Source: Centroscyllium fabricii (lineage: Eukaryota). From it: 64,000 bases of DNA. A model generated the notes under the pieces. The model was not told the origin of the DNA, did not search any database, and saw only the letters and a list, made by a program, of their open reading frames with translations. The stretch spans positions 3,782,001 to 3,846,000 of the forward strand of contig JBNRSN020000056.1 of the NCBI GenBank assembly GCA_051313645.2. Reading direction: 5' to 3'. Below, one piece after another: positions 34,717 through 47,664 of this stretch (position 1 is the stretch's first letter; the number at the start of each line of letters is the position of its first letter). Both the position numbers and the translations under genes were made by a program.

Positions 34717-36358
34717 CTACAAAGATTTTAAAAAATTGCATCAGGAATTATTTTTTAAAATATCTAATTGTCAAATTCCTGCAAACATGTTTTGAGGTTT
34801 GCGGTGAGGCAGCACAGCCATAAAAATTAACTTTACTGCAACACGCCCTGAAGGAGTCTCACTATCTGGACCACAGTTCAAGCAACAGTGTCCTTTCGCT
34901 TTCTCGCACCGATATCATCATCATCAGAGGTACAGCTCTCGAAGCAGTTGTCAAGGCCAACCACATTACAGGAAGGATGCGACTGCACTAGAGAGGGTAC
35001 TACCGGAGGAGATTTACGAGGATGGTGCCTGGGCGGGGGAATTTTAGCTATGAGGAAAGATCGGATAGGCTGGGGTTGTTTTCTTTGCAACAGAGGAGTC
35101 TGAGGGGAGATTTAATTGAGGTGCATAAAATAATGAGGGGAGGAAATACAGTGGATAGGAAGGACCAGGACGACACGGTGGCGCAGTGGTTAGCACTGCT
35201 GCCTCGCAATAAGGAGCTCCTGGGTTCGAATTCTGCTTGGCCCGGGACCTCTCAGTGGAGTTTGCATGTTCTCCCTGTGTTCGTGTGGGTTTCCTCCGGG
35301 TACTCCAGTTTCCTCCCACCACCCAAAGACAAGCAGGTTAGGTGAATTGGAGATACTAAAAAATAAATTGCCCATGAGTGTGTGTGAGAGATATAGTTAA
35401 CATAGAAACATAGAAACTAGAAGCAGGAGTAGGCCATTCGGCCCTTCGAGCCTGCTCCGCCATTCAATGAGATCATGGCTGATCATCCAAACCCAGTACC
35501 CCGCCCCTGCCCTCTCCCCATATCCCTATCGAGCCTGCACTGACACATATCCCACCCCATCCCCGCAACCCCACCTATTCAATCCCCCTAACACTAAGGG
35601 TCAATCCATCCTGGCCAATCAACCTAACCCGCACATCTTTGGACTGTGTGAGGAAACCGGAGCACCCGGAGGAAACCCACGCAGACACGGGGAGAATGTG
35701 CAAACTCCACACAGATAGTACCCGAGGCTGGATTTGAACCCGGGTCTCCAGTGCGGTGAGACAACAGTGCTAACCACTATGCCACCGTGGAGTTGGGGGT
35801 GTCGGGGGATATGGGGAGAGGGTGGGAGGGGGGTGCTGGGGTTGGATGATCAGCCACGATCTCATCAAAATGGCAGAGCAGGCTCGAAGGGCCGAATGGC
35901 CTACTCCTGCTCCTATCTTCTGTGTTTCTGTGTGACCTATTTTTCTTAGCAGAGAGGTCAATAACCAGGGGGCATAGATTTAAAGTAATTGGTAGAAGAA
36001 TTAGAGGGGAGTTGAGGAGAAAAATGTTCACCCAGAGGGTGGTGGGGGGTCTGGAACTCACTGCCTGAAAGGGTGGTGGAGGCAGAAACCCTCATCACAT
36101 TTAAAAAGTACTTGGATACGCACTTGAAGTGCCGGAACCTACAGGGCCACGGACCAAGAGCTGGAAAGTAGAATTAGGCCGGGAGAGCTCTTTGTCGGCC
36201 GGCACGGACACGATGGGCCGAATGGCCTCCTCCTGTGCCGTAGATTTCAATGATTCTATGAACCGCGAAGGGTTAATGCAGAGCTCGGGGAAGATCGAGC
36301 ACTCACTCTGTATATTAATTCTGCACCCCCACGCTGTAACCTTGTCAAAGCAGCACTT

Positions 36359-36465
36359 CTGATGACGTCGCCAGCACGCACTGCCGATGACGTCGCCAGC
36401 GCGGCGGATGACGTCGCCAGCGCTGCGGATGACGTCGCCAGCGTGGCGAGTGATGTCGCCAGCGC
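36359..36465. repeat. Short ~21-bp tandem repeat (GATGACGTCGCCAGC core, 5 copies)
   Basis: Directly visible. Confidence 0.85.
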
Positions 36466-37231
36466 GCACTGCTTAAACAAAGGCATTTATAATCAAGGGG
36501 AAGGCATCCAGAAGCAAAATGTTAAAAGGTCCATCATTCTTTGTAATCACCGATTTGTAAAATAGGTCCTGACGGCAAGTCTTCTACTTTAAAAAAAACC
36601 CTGCAAACTTATAATAATTCAGCTGAATATGTAAGTCAGGGTTTTGTTCCCCTGAATCCTCAAAGCTTCCTGAATTTCCCCTGTACTTTCTGCATAATAA
36701 AAATCTTGTTTGTTCCTGTAATTTAAAAAATGTCATACCTGCCCCCCGCCCCCCTTCTCCAGCTCTTGCTGGGGATGGTTCTATGGTTGCTAGCAGCCCT
36801 CCAATACTCCACCCAAACAGCTATTAATTCTTCACATTGTGAGCCTGGAGAGTCAGCAGGCTGCTCGACCGTGGGAAGCATCACAGTTGACCCCAAATTA
36901 TGCCCTGTCTGGTGTTCTGTACCTTGGGTGAAGTACTGAAGAGCAACAGGCACTTGTGGAACCATACCCCAGCATGAGTCAGCACCTACAGGAAAGGTAG
37001 GGAGAAAATTCAGGGGACAAGAAGTTTAAATCACAGTATCCACCATTTAGCACATCGCTCTGATAAACGGTCAGTCATTTCCACTGTTCCCAAACTTCAA
37101 AAGCCACATCAGGCCCCGCAACTCGCTTCCTTTTACCGACCTCTCGCCTAAATCATTTATGATTCTGCTTCGCTCAACAACAGTGCGCCAGAAGAGCTCG
37201 ATAGGTCTAATAAAAGTTTAGTGCCTGTGAA

Positions 37232-38500
37232 GAGAGTGCAGCGAAGATTCACCAGGCTGATACCTGGGATGGCAGGAATGACGAATGAGGAGAGATTGGG
37301 TCAATTGGGCTTATACTCGCTGGAGTTTAGAAGAATGAGAGGGGATCTCATCGAAACTTATAAAGTTCGGACAGGTCTGGACAGACTAGACGCAGGAAGG
37401 ATGTTCCTGATGGTCGGAGAGTCCAGAACCAGGGGTCACAGTCTAAGGATAAGGGGTAAACCATTTAGGACAGAGATGAGGAGGAATTTTTTCACCCAGA
37501 GAGTGGTGAATCTGTGGAATTCTCTACCACAGAAGGCAGTAGAAGCCAATTCATTAAATATATTCAAGGAGGAGTTGGATATATTTCTTAAGGCTAAAGG
37601 GATCAAGGGATATGGGGAGAAGGCAGGGACAGGGTACTGAATTTGGATGATCAGCCATGATCTCATTGAATGGCGGAGCAGACTCGAGGGGCCGAATGGT
37701 CAACTCCTGCTCCTGTCTTCTATGTTTCTATGTTTAAAGCACTTTGAGACGTCCGGTGGTCGTGAAAGGCGCTAAAGAAATGCAAGTCAGTCTTTCTTTC
37801 TTTGTCCGCCTGAAAGACAGCACCGACAGCAATGCTGCTCTCCCTCGGTACTGCACTGACGCGTCAGCCTAGACTAGGCGAGCAAGTCGTCGTGGAGCTT
37901 GAACCCATGAACTCATGTCTCAGAGTCCAGATTCCCAGCACTTCACTACCATCAGGCTCTGATCCAGATAGATTACAGATTACTCTTACGTCAAGAGCCT
38001 TAACGTAACCCATTCAGCCCTTAAAAACCCTCTTTTACTTGACTGAACAACATGATGCATTTATATAGCGCCTTTTGGGTTGAGAGATTGGGTCGACTAG
38101 GCCTGTATTCACTAGAGTATAGAAGAATGAGAGGGGATCTCATTGAAATGTATAAAATTCTGACAGGGCTGGACAGACTGGATGCAGGGAGGATGTTTCC
38201 CCCTGGCTAGGGGGGGGGGGGTCTAGAACGAGGGGGTCACAGTCTCAGGATACGGGGTAGGACATTTAGGACTGAGATGAGGAGAAATTTCTTCACTCAG
38301 AGGGTGGTGAACCTGTGGAATTCTTTACCACAGAAGGCTGTGGAGGCCAAGTCACTGAATATATTTAAGAAGGAGATGGATAGATTTCTAGACACAAAAG
38401 GCATCAAGGGGTATGGGGAGGGAGCAGGAATATGGGATTGAGATAGAGGATCAGCCATGATCATATTGAATGGTGGAGCAGGCTCGAAGGGCCGAATCAT
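37232..38500 (+). mobile_element. Two CR1 3' fragments (37232-37735, 38080-38500)
   Basis: ORF2 C-terminus plus tails. Confidence 0.88.
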
Positions 38501-39026
38501 AGTATCCCTACAGTACAGATAGAGGCCATTTCGGCCCACCGAGCCTGCACCGACACATATCCCACCCTATCCCCGTAACCCCCACATATTTAATCCCCCT
38601 AACACGAAGGGTCAATTTATCCTGGCCAATTAACCTAACCCGCACAACTTTGGACTGTGGGAGGAAACCGGAGCACCCGGAGGAAACCCACGCAGACACG
38701 GGGAGAATGTGCAAACTCCACACAGCCACCCAAGGCCGGATTTGAACCCGGGCCCCTGGCGCTGTGAGGCAACAGTGCTAACCACTATGCCACCGACCGA
38801 CTTCTGCTCCTATCTTCTATGTTTCTATCTTACGGTAAAGCCTAATGGTAACTTCGGTTCATTAACTGCAGAAAAACATGACAGTACATAGAACGGGCAT
38901 AAGAACGAGGACCAGGAGTCAGCCATTCGGCCCCTCGAGCCTGCTCTGCCATTCAATAAGATCGTGGCTGATCATCGACCTCAACTCCACTTACTCGCCC
39001 GGCAAGCAGCGGCAGACAGCGCAGTT

Positions 39027-39099
39027 TGGCAGGACAGGGATTGAGCCCGCAACCGTGGCGTTATTAGCACCACGCTCTAACCATCTGAGCTAACTGACC
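39027..39099 (-). tRNA. tRNA-Ile(AAT), probably a pseudogene
   Basis: GGTCAGTTAGCTCAGATGGTTAGAGCGTGGTGCTAATAACGCCACGGTTGCGGGCTCAATCCCTGTCCTGCCA closely follows vertebrate tRNA-Ile-AAT. T-loop is altered (GCTCAA), acceptor stem is mismatched, CpG-decay type changes. Confidence 0.85.
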
Positions 39100-39317
39100 A
39101 GGGCAGGAAGCTGAAACCAGTGATCCAATCACTGAAGCTCTTTAGAACTCAAGTGGATTGTCGCTCACTGACAACCACCATTTATTCTCTATTTATTGGA
39201 GGTGGTTGTCCAGTTTTCAACACATTTCACCCATTAGTTGCAAACTGTCGGGATTCCATGACTGTGCAGCTTCCCGATTGAATCCAATTAGCTAGTTTTC
39301 AAAGCAATTAGGTCGAG

Positions 39318-40015
39318 TAGATTGGGCCTCTACTCATTGGAATTCAGAAGAATGAGAGGCGATCTTATCGAAACATATAAGATCGTGAAGGGGCTTGATC
39401 GGGTGGATGCGGTGAGGATGTCCCCAATGGTGGGTGAAACTAAAACCATGGAGCATAATCTGAGAAAAAGGGGCTGACCTTTCAAAACTGAGATGAGGAG
39501 AAACTTCTTCACTCAGAGGGTGGTAGGTCTGTGGAATTTGCTGCCCCAGAGAGCTGTGGAAGCTACTACTTTGAATAAATGTAAAACAGAGATAGACAGT
39601 TTCCTAGAAGTAAAGGGAATTAGGGGTTACAGTGAGCAGGCAGGGAAGTGGACGAGAGGCTAGGTTCAGATCGGCCATGGTCCTGTGGGTGGCAGAGCGG
39701 GCCCGGGGGCCGTGTGGCCTGGTCACCTCTTACAGAAGGTAGGTTCCTGTAGGAAATTCAGGGCCAGAGTGATCTCCGTGACGAGTTTTCGATCGCCTAG
39801 ATGGGTGAGAGGAATTTCCCAGATTTTTTCTCCTAAATTGGCCACTGGGTTTTTATCTGGTTTTTCGCCTCTCCCGGGAGATCACATGGGTTCGGGCGCG
39901 ATGGAGAGTGAAAGTAGATTTGAGGTTAGGATCAGATCAGCCATGATCTTGTTGAATGGCGGAGCGGGCTCGGGGGGCCGATTGGCCTCCTCCTGCTCCT
40001 ATTTTTTATGTTCAT
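39318..40015 (+). mobile_element. CR1 3' fragment with long, tail-duplicated 3' UTR
   Basis: ORF2 end, then GATCGGCCATG, a structured insert, GATCAGCCATG and the tail. Confidence 0.85.
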
Positions 40016-40029
40016 TGTCACACAATGCG

Positions 40030-40500
40030 GGGAGGCGGTGGCGTAGTGGTTATGTCACTAGGCTAGTAAGCCAGAGGCTCAGTCAAATGCTCTGAGGATA
40101 TGGGTTCAAATCCCACCACGGCAGCTGGTGGAATTTAAATTCAATTCAATTTAATTCTGGAATTATATGTTAGTCTTAGTAATGGCGACCATGATACCAT
40201 TGCCGATTGTTGCAAAAAAAAACCATCTGGTTCACTAATGTCCTTTAGGGAAGGAAATCTGCCGTCCTTACCTGGTCTGGCCTACATGTGACTCCAGACC
40301 CACGACAATGTGGTTGACTCTTAATGCCCTCTGAAATGGCCTAGCAAGCCACTCAGTTGTAAACAACCGCTACGCAACATTGTGGGAGTACCTACACCAT
40401 ATAGACTGCAGCGGTTCAAGAAGGTGGCTCACCACCATCTTCGAGGGCATTTAGGGATGGGCACTAAATGCAGGCCTAGCCAGCGATGCCCACATCCCAT
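40030..40500 (+). mobile_element. tRNA-derived SINE with L2-like tail
   Basis: A box TGGCGTAGTGG, B box GGTTCAAATCC; tail GCAGCGGTTCAAGAAGG...GATGCCCACATCCC shared with the LINE. Confidence 0.85.
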
Positions 40501-40702
40501 CAATGAATTTTTTTTTTTAAATGTAATTAGCAGGAAGCCTCGAAAAATGGAGTCTCCTTCCCTCCTCGATATTCTTCCTCCTCGATATTCTCCCCTCCTC
40601 TCCAGAAGCTGATGGGATCTCACCCTAGCAAGAATCAAAGGGCAGCATCTTCCCTCCGATCCCTCACCCAAAGGGCCATTTATCATGTGAGAGATTTAAC
40701 TA

Positions 40703-41890
40703 GAACATAGAACATACAGCACTGTACAGGCCCTTGGGCCCTCAATGTAGTGCCGCGCTTAGTCCGTCTCTGATTTTTCCTGTCCCCCCTACTCTTCCTT
40801 CCCCTCCATGTACCTATCTATCATCCTTTTAAAAGCACCCAGACTGTCCACATCCACTATTTCAGATGGTAGCCTATTCCATTCCCCGACCACTCTCTGC
40901 ATAAAGAACTTGCCCCTGCCATCCCTTCTGAATCTTCCTCCTTGAATCTTGTGCTCGTGCCCTCTTGTTGTCGTTCTTCCCACCCGGGGAAACAGTCTCT
41001 GCACGTTTACTCTATCGATCCCCTTCATCATTTTAAACATCTCTATTAAGTCCCCCCTCTTCCTTCTCCGTTCCAGGGAGAAGAGTCCCAGCTCCCTCAA
41101 CCTCTCCTCGTACGACTTTCCCCCCATTCCCGGCAGCATCCTGGTGAATCTCCTCTGCACCTTCTCCAGCGCCTCCACATCTCTCCTGTAGTACGGTGCC
41201 CAGAACTGCACACAGTACTCCAAGTGTGGTCTCACCAGTGACCTGTACAGCTGCAGCATGACCTCCCGGTTCTTAAACTCTATTCCCCTGTTGATGAAGG
41301 CCAGTACACCATAGGCCTTTTTTACTGCCTTGTCCACCTGGGTGGCAGCCTTCAATGATCTGTGTACATATACTCCCAGATCCCTTTGCTCCTCTGCTTC
41401 ACTCAGGACCCTGCCGTTGACCCTATATTCCCTCTTCCTATTTGCCCTACCGAAGTGCATCACCTCGCATTTCCCCGTGTTGAACTCCATTTGCCATTCT
41501 TCAGCCCAGCTCTGCATCCTATCTATATCCCTCTGAATCTTTCTACTTCCTTCCTCCTCATCCACTACTCCCCCAATCTTTGTGTCATCCGCAAATTTGC
41601 TGACCCACCCCTCAGTCCCCTCCTCCAAGTCATTGATAAAGATTACAAATAGTAGTGGCCCCAACACCGACCCCTGTGGTACCCCACTGGTGACCGGTCT
41701 CCAACCCGAGTATTGGCCCTCTACCACTACCCTCTGCTTCCTCTGAGCCAGCCAGTTCTCAATCCATCCCACCACTTCGTTGTTTACCCCGCAACTCCTT
41801 ACTTTCTTCATGAGTCGACCGTGCGGGACCTTGTCGAACGCCTTGCTGAAGTCCATATATATGACATCAACCGCCTTTCCCTCGTCCACA
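40703..41890 (-). mobile_element. CR1 LINE 3' part with intact 366-aa RT segment
   Basis: [28 protein letters not shown] motifs. Confidence 0.95.
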
Positions 41891-42192
41891 CTTGGTCATC
41901 TCTTCAAAGAATTCTATCAGGTTGGTCAGGCTATTCGACTATTCACGGCCAACCTGATCCTGCCCTCTCCAAACATTTTATAGCAGTCTACAGCGGGAAC
42001 CCTGGCCAACTTTCCCTCTTCCTAACCCCAGGGTGCCAGGAACCATTGTGGCGTCCCAGTCCAAGATCAGCAGAGAGATTGGACATGGGATCGTCCTGCT
42101 CTACACGGTTCAGAAATGGTTTCTTTAATCAACAGGAGGAGCACTGAATGAAGTTCCTTCAATACAGAATGTCACAAATACACTTTTTTTTA

Positions 42193-42805
42193 AAAAACAA
42201 GGATGGTCTTGCTGCAGTTGTACAGGGCCTTGGTGAGACCACACCTCAAGTATTGTGTGCAGTTTTGGTCGCCTTCTCTGAGGAAGGGTGTTCTTGCCAT
42301 GGAGGGAGTGCAGCGAAGATTCACCAGACTGATACCTGGGATGGCAGGAATGACGTATGAGGAGAGATTGAGTCGATTGGGCTTATACTCGCTGGAGTTT
42401 AGAAGAATGAGAGGGGATCTCATTGAAACAAGTAAAATTCTAACAGGACTGGACAGACTAGATGCAGGAAGGATGTTCCCGATGGTCGGGGAGTCCAGAA
42501 CCAGGGGTCACAGTCTAAGGATAAGGGGTAAACCATTTAGGACTGAGATGAGGAGGAATTTCTTCACCCACAGAGTGGTGAACCTGTGGAATTCTCTGCC
42601 ACAGAAGGCAGTTGAGGCCAATTCATTAAATACATTCAAGACGGAGTTAGATATATTTCTTAAGGCTAAAGGGATCAAGGGAAATGGGGAAAAGGCAAGG
42701 AGAGGTTACTGAATTCGGATGATCAGCCATGATCGCATTAAATGGTGGAGCAGGCTCGAGGGGCCAAATGGCCGACTCCTGCTCCTATCTTCTATGTTTC
42801 TATGT
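42193..42805 (+). mobile_element. CR1 LINE 3' fragment
   Basis: ORF2 C-terminus plus tail. Confidence 0.9.
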
Positions 42806-42806
42806 A

Positions 42807-43408
42807 CAGGTTGAAGTTCGTTAATCCAGCACCCGAAAAACCGGCAGGTTCAGTCGTTCGGCACAGATTTTCCCGACTGCCCGGCGCATGCGCAGACAAC
42901 TCAAAATGGCCGCCGTCGGAGCTGGGCTTCCCCTTCACCTAACATATACTCATTGGATCCCGACTTAGTGACCACCCCGATGCCGATGGTGAATCCCAGG
43001 CCCAGAAAATGAGCTGTTGCCACCTTTCGCAGGATGCGGTGCAGCCAAAACTCGGCGCCCGGCTCCCCATCACTGCCGGAGGCTGCTGCGTGCTGACGTC
43101 ATTGCGTTCCAAAGCTGGCGTGTGGTGGCGTCACGTGAGCCGGGCTTGAGCCGCGCATTGGGCCTCAGGCCCGCTGGAGCCGTGCAGCCCGCTCCCTGAT
43201 CCGCCGTGGGCAGCAGAATCGAGTGCGTCCTGTGAGTTCCACCCGACCCTAGGGCCGAAAATCACCTCCCAGGTACCAGCGGCGCATGTGCAAAGCATAA
43301 AAAAATTTGCGGCGCCCATTTTGAATGCTCTGCGCATGCGCCGCCGAAGCTTCAATAATTCGGCCGGGTGCTGGTCCCAACCTTGCCGAATTAACGAACT
43401 TCAACCTG
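42807..43408. mobile_element. Tigger-like MITE
   Basis: TIR CAGGTTGAAGTTCGTTAAT / ATTAACGAACTTCAACCTG with TA TSD. Confidence 0.92.
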
Positions 43409-43756
43409 TATAACAATTTGAGGAAGCAGCACCAAATTCTTGCACATTTTTCCACTCAGATGTTCCTACTATTCTGTTTAATGATCTTTTTTAATTCATT
43501 CACGGAGATGTGGGCGTCGCCGGCAAGGCCAGCATTTATTGGCCATCGGCAACTGCCCTCGAGAATGTGATGGTGAGCCGCCTTCTTGAATACAGTGGCT
43601 TGCATTTCAGAGGGGCAGTTAAGTGCTGGTGACATCATCAGAAGAGTCACATATCGGCTAGACCGGGTATAGGCAGCAGATTTCCTTCCCTAAAAAAAGG
43701 ACATTGGTGAATCAGATGGGTTTTTAAAAGGACAATCCGATAGTTTCATGGTCACC

Positions 43757-44510
43757 ATAGAAACATAGAAGATAGGAGCAGGAGTCGGCCATTCGGCCCC
43801 TCGAGCCTGCTCCGCCATTCAATGAGATCATGGCTGATCGTCCAAACTCAGTACCCTGTCCCTGCCTTCTCCCCATATCCCTGGATACCTTTAGCTCTAA
43901 GAAATATATCTAACTCCTTCTTGAATATATTCAATGACTTGGCCTCTACTGCCTTGTGTGGTAGAGAATTCCACAGGTTCATCACTCTCTGGGTGAAGAA
44001 ATTCCTCCTCATCTCTGCCCTAAATGGCTTACCCCTTATCCTTAGATTGTGATCCCTGGTTCTGGACTCCCCGACCATCGGGAACATCCTTCCTGCATCT
44101 AGTCTGTCCAGACCAGTCAGAATGTTATAAGTTTCAATGAGATCCCCTCTCAATCTTCTAAACTCCAGCGAGTATAAGCCCAATCGACCCAATTTCTCCT
44201 CATACGTCATTCCTGCCATCCCAGGTATCAGTCTGGTGAATCTTCGCTGAACTCCCTCCATGGCAAGAACATCCTTCCTTCAATAAAGGTGGCCAAAACT
44301 ACACACAGTACTCAAGGTGTGGTCTCACCAAGGCCCTGCAGCAGGACATCCTTGTTCCTGTACTCGAACCCTTTCGTTACGAAGGCCAACATACCATTTG
44401 CCTTCTTCACCGCCTGCTGCACCTGCATGCTTATCTTCAGCGACTGGTGCACAAGGACACCCAGGTCTCGCTGCACTTCCCCTTCTCCCAATCCATTGCC
44501 ATTCATTACC
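43757..44510 (-). mobile_element. CR1 LINE 3' fragment
   Basis: ORF2 motifs on minus plus tail. Confidence 0.9.
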
Positions 44511-44854
44511 ATTACTGATGCTAGCTTTTTTTATTCCAGATTTATTTAATTGAATTCCCCAGCTGCCGTGGTGGGATTTGAAAGCCTGTCTCTGGATCGT
44601 TAGACCCCTGGATTACTGGTCCAGTAACGAAGCTACCGTACCCCCTTTCAGATGTTCCCTTCATTGGTAGCTTTTTTCTAGTCCCAAATCAGCTCAGTGC
44701 AACCAAAGGTTCATTATTACTTCAAATATTTCACTTGCATCTAGTTAAGTTCACCTGTTAAAGCCTGGTGTACACCATAGATTTTCAAAGTGGGGTCTGT
44801 GGTTCCCTTAAAACAGCTTGTCGTTTTTGTGTTAAGCAAACTGTGCCACCATGA

Positions 44855-45830
44855 TAACAACAGAAAATGCTGGAAAAACTCAGCAGGCCAGGCAACATCC
44901 GTGAAGAGAGAAACAGAGTCGACGTTTCGGGTCAGGACCCTTTATCAAGACTGAAGGAGCAAGGAGATGAAACAGATTCGAAGGCCAGCAGGGGGCTGAG
45001 AGAGAACAAAAACGTGAAGAGACATTAAGAGGTATTCAAAACGAGACGAGATGGTGATAGGACTAGTGGAGACAGAAGACGGATCTAGATTAGGTGTGAA
45101 ATGCGCTGGCAGAATGGGAGACAGCTGCCATGTGGGAGAGAAAAAAGGGGGGGGGGAAGGGCACAAAACAAAGGTGTGGATAAAAATAAGTAAAAATACA
45201 GGTTGAGCACCGTTAATCCGGCACGGGCGGGCCCAGGCCCGTGCCGGGAAAGTGAAAATCCCTAACGATTGAAGCTTTGGCGAGCGCATGCGCAGACCAT
45301 TCAAAATGGCCGCCGCGAAAGGCCGGCGGCCATTTTGAGTGGTCTGCACATGCGCTTATCGTTCGGGGAGTCCCGGCCCAGCCCGCGTTCGGGGAATCCC
45401 GGCCCGGCCCGCGTTCGGGGAATCCCGGCCCGGCCCGCGTTCGGGGAATCCCGGCCCAGCCCAGCCCGCGTTCGGTGAGTCCCGGCCCAGCTCGCGTTCG
45501 AGGAATCCCGGCCCGTCCCAGCCCGCTATCGGCTGGGAGAGACCATTGTGAATGATCAGCGCATGCGCAGATCATTCACCGAAGCATCAATCGCAGCGGC
45601 CATTTTGCGCATGCGCGGGGCAGTCGGGGAAATTATTGCCGGACGTTCGAAGTTGCCGGTTTTTCGAGTAACGGATTAATAGTGCTCAACCTGTATAATG
45701 GGGGCCGAGGTTATGATCTGAAATTGTTGAACCCGATATTGAGTCCGGAAGGCTGTAAAGTGCCTAATCGAAAGACGAGGTGCTGTTCCTCGAGCTTCCG
45801 TGGAACAATGCAAGAGGCCGCAGACGGTGA
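44855..45830 (-). mobile_element. Penelope-like element 3' end (GIY-YIG C-terminus and pseudo-LTR) interrupted by a MITE
   Basis: RKLEEQHLVFRLGTLQPSGLNIGFNNFR on minus; degenerate hammerhead TTGATAA-AGGGTCCTGACCC-GAAACGT near 44922-44948. Confidence 0.75.
45199..45693. mobile_element. Tigger4/MER46-like MITE with ~27-bp internal array
   Basis: TIR CAGGTTGAGCAC..TTAATCCG / CGGATTAAT.GTGCTCAACCTG, TA TSD; repeats of CGCGTTCGGGGAATCCCGGCCC. Confidence 0.92.
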
Positions 45831-45883
45831 GGTCTGAATGGGAGTGAAGTGGAGAATTCTGCTCTCTGGATTTGTTGACTCAC

Positions 45884-46149
45884 AAGTACATAATGAAAAC
45901 AACAGCATGATTTCCTTTGGGTAGCCACCACTGTTTTTTCTGCAGTTGTCCCAGGAGTACGTTAACATTTGCAGAGAAAGTTTGAAAATCGCAGGTGTAC
46001 ACAGTGCACCAAAGTAGAACGGATTATTCTGCGTGTTCACTTATTTTGAAACAGTCGACAGTTGTTAGAGATTTTTAAAGTCTTACCACAAAGAAAAGGA
46101 TGGCCATTCGAAGACAGTTCATTCATAGTTCTTCGGGGATAATCTGTCT
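45884..46149 (-). CDS. Candidate two-exon module A (46087-46149 and 45884-45939): xTDYPRRTMNELSSNGHPFLC-EKTVVATQRKSCCCFHYVL
   Basis: CTTTGTAG|63 nt|GTAAGA, 147-nt intron, CTGCAG|56 nt|GTGAGT. Paralogous to module B. Confidence 0.55.
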
Positions 46150-46404
46150 CTACAAAGAAAAGCCCTGAAATATTACCTATTACAATGCAAATGGCTACAC
46201 CCTAAAATAAAGCATTTTAAATAGCATCAAAAACATGGAACATCTTTACATTAGGTCTGCGAGCGAGGAAGACCAGCTCAGGTCTGTGCTTTCGGATGAC
46301 GCACTGTAGCAAATTCTGTCCCTATAAAACAGTGACTACACTTCACAAGTACGTCATTGGTTCTAAAGCTCTTTGGGACATCCAGAGGTTGTGAAAGGCA
46401 CCGC

Positions 46405-47350
46405 TTAATTAGCACCCCAACCGCCACCTTAAACATTCACTCCCCCCCACCACCGGCGCACCGTGGCTGCAGTGTGCACCATCTACAAGATGTACTGCAG
46501 CAGCTCGCCAAGGCTTCTTCGGCAGCACCTCCCAAACCCACGACCTCTTCCACCTAGAAGGACAAGGGCAGCAGGGGCATGGGAACACCACCACCTCCAG
46601 GTTCCCATCCTGAATTGGAAGTATATCGGCCGTTCCTTCATCGTCGCTGGGTCAAAATCCTGGAACGCCCTCCCTAACAGCACTTTAAAGTCAGGAGTGT
46701 GATGGAATACTCTCCACTTGCCTGGATGAGTGCAGCTCCAACAACACTCCAGAAGCTCGACACCATTCAGGACAAAGCAGCCCGCTTGATTGGCACCCCA
46801 TCCACCACCTTCAACATTCACATTCACTTTGAAGGGGAGACTGGATAGGCACTTGAGGGAAATAAACTTGCAGGGCTACGGGGATAGAGCGGGGGAATGG
46901 GACTGACTGGATTGCTCTACAGCGAGCCGGCACGGACTCGATGGGCCGAATAGTCTCCTTCTGTTCCATGATTCCCTCCACCACCGGCGCACCGTGGCTG
47001 CAGTGTGGACCATCTACAAGATGCACTGCAGCAACTCGCCGAGGCTTCTGCGGCAGCACCTCCCAAACCCGCGACCTCTACCACCTAGACGGACAAGGGC
47101 AGCAGGCGCATGGGAACACCACCACCTCCAGGTTCGCCTCCAAGTCACACACCATCCTGACTTGGAAATATATCGGCCGATCCTTCATCGTCGCTGGGTC
47201 AAAATCCTGGAACTCCCTCCCTAACAGCACTGTGGGAGCACCTTCACCACACGGACTGCGGCGCTTCGAGAAGGCGGCTCACCACCACCTTCGAGGGGGA
47301 TGGGCAATAAATGCAGGGCCTTGCCAGCGACGCCCACGTCCCATAAACTA
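46405..47350 (+). mobile_element. Rearranged L2-like LINE fragments with a CR1 tail inserted (46827-46968)
   Basis: Two copies of the HHRRTVAAV/WNSLP region; one segment is out of order. Confidence 0.75.
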
Positions 47351-47664
47351 ATAAAAATATGCATATATAAATGCTGCAAGCCTTTCCTTAAAAGTCATAA
47401 TGCACAATGTATTATTCTGCTGCTTCGGTGCAGTTGTCTCACTTTTAAGGCACAAAGACAAATTACTACCGAGGTAAACACTGCCTCGGGTGCAACAGAG
47501 TTGAATTATCATTTGACAAGAAAACGTATTGTAAAGTGGTTGTGAATTTCAGGCTCCAGGTCAGAAGCATTAAAGGTTTCTTTCTTTAGAAGACTGATCT
47601 GCAACTGGGACACCGTGTGATGCCTGGGGTATGATGAACAAATCAAGTGCACATGCACTGCTTA

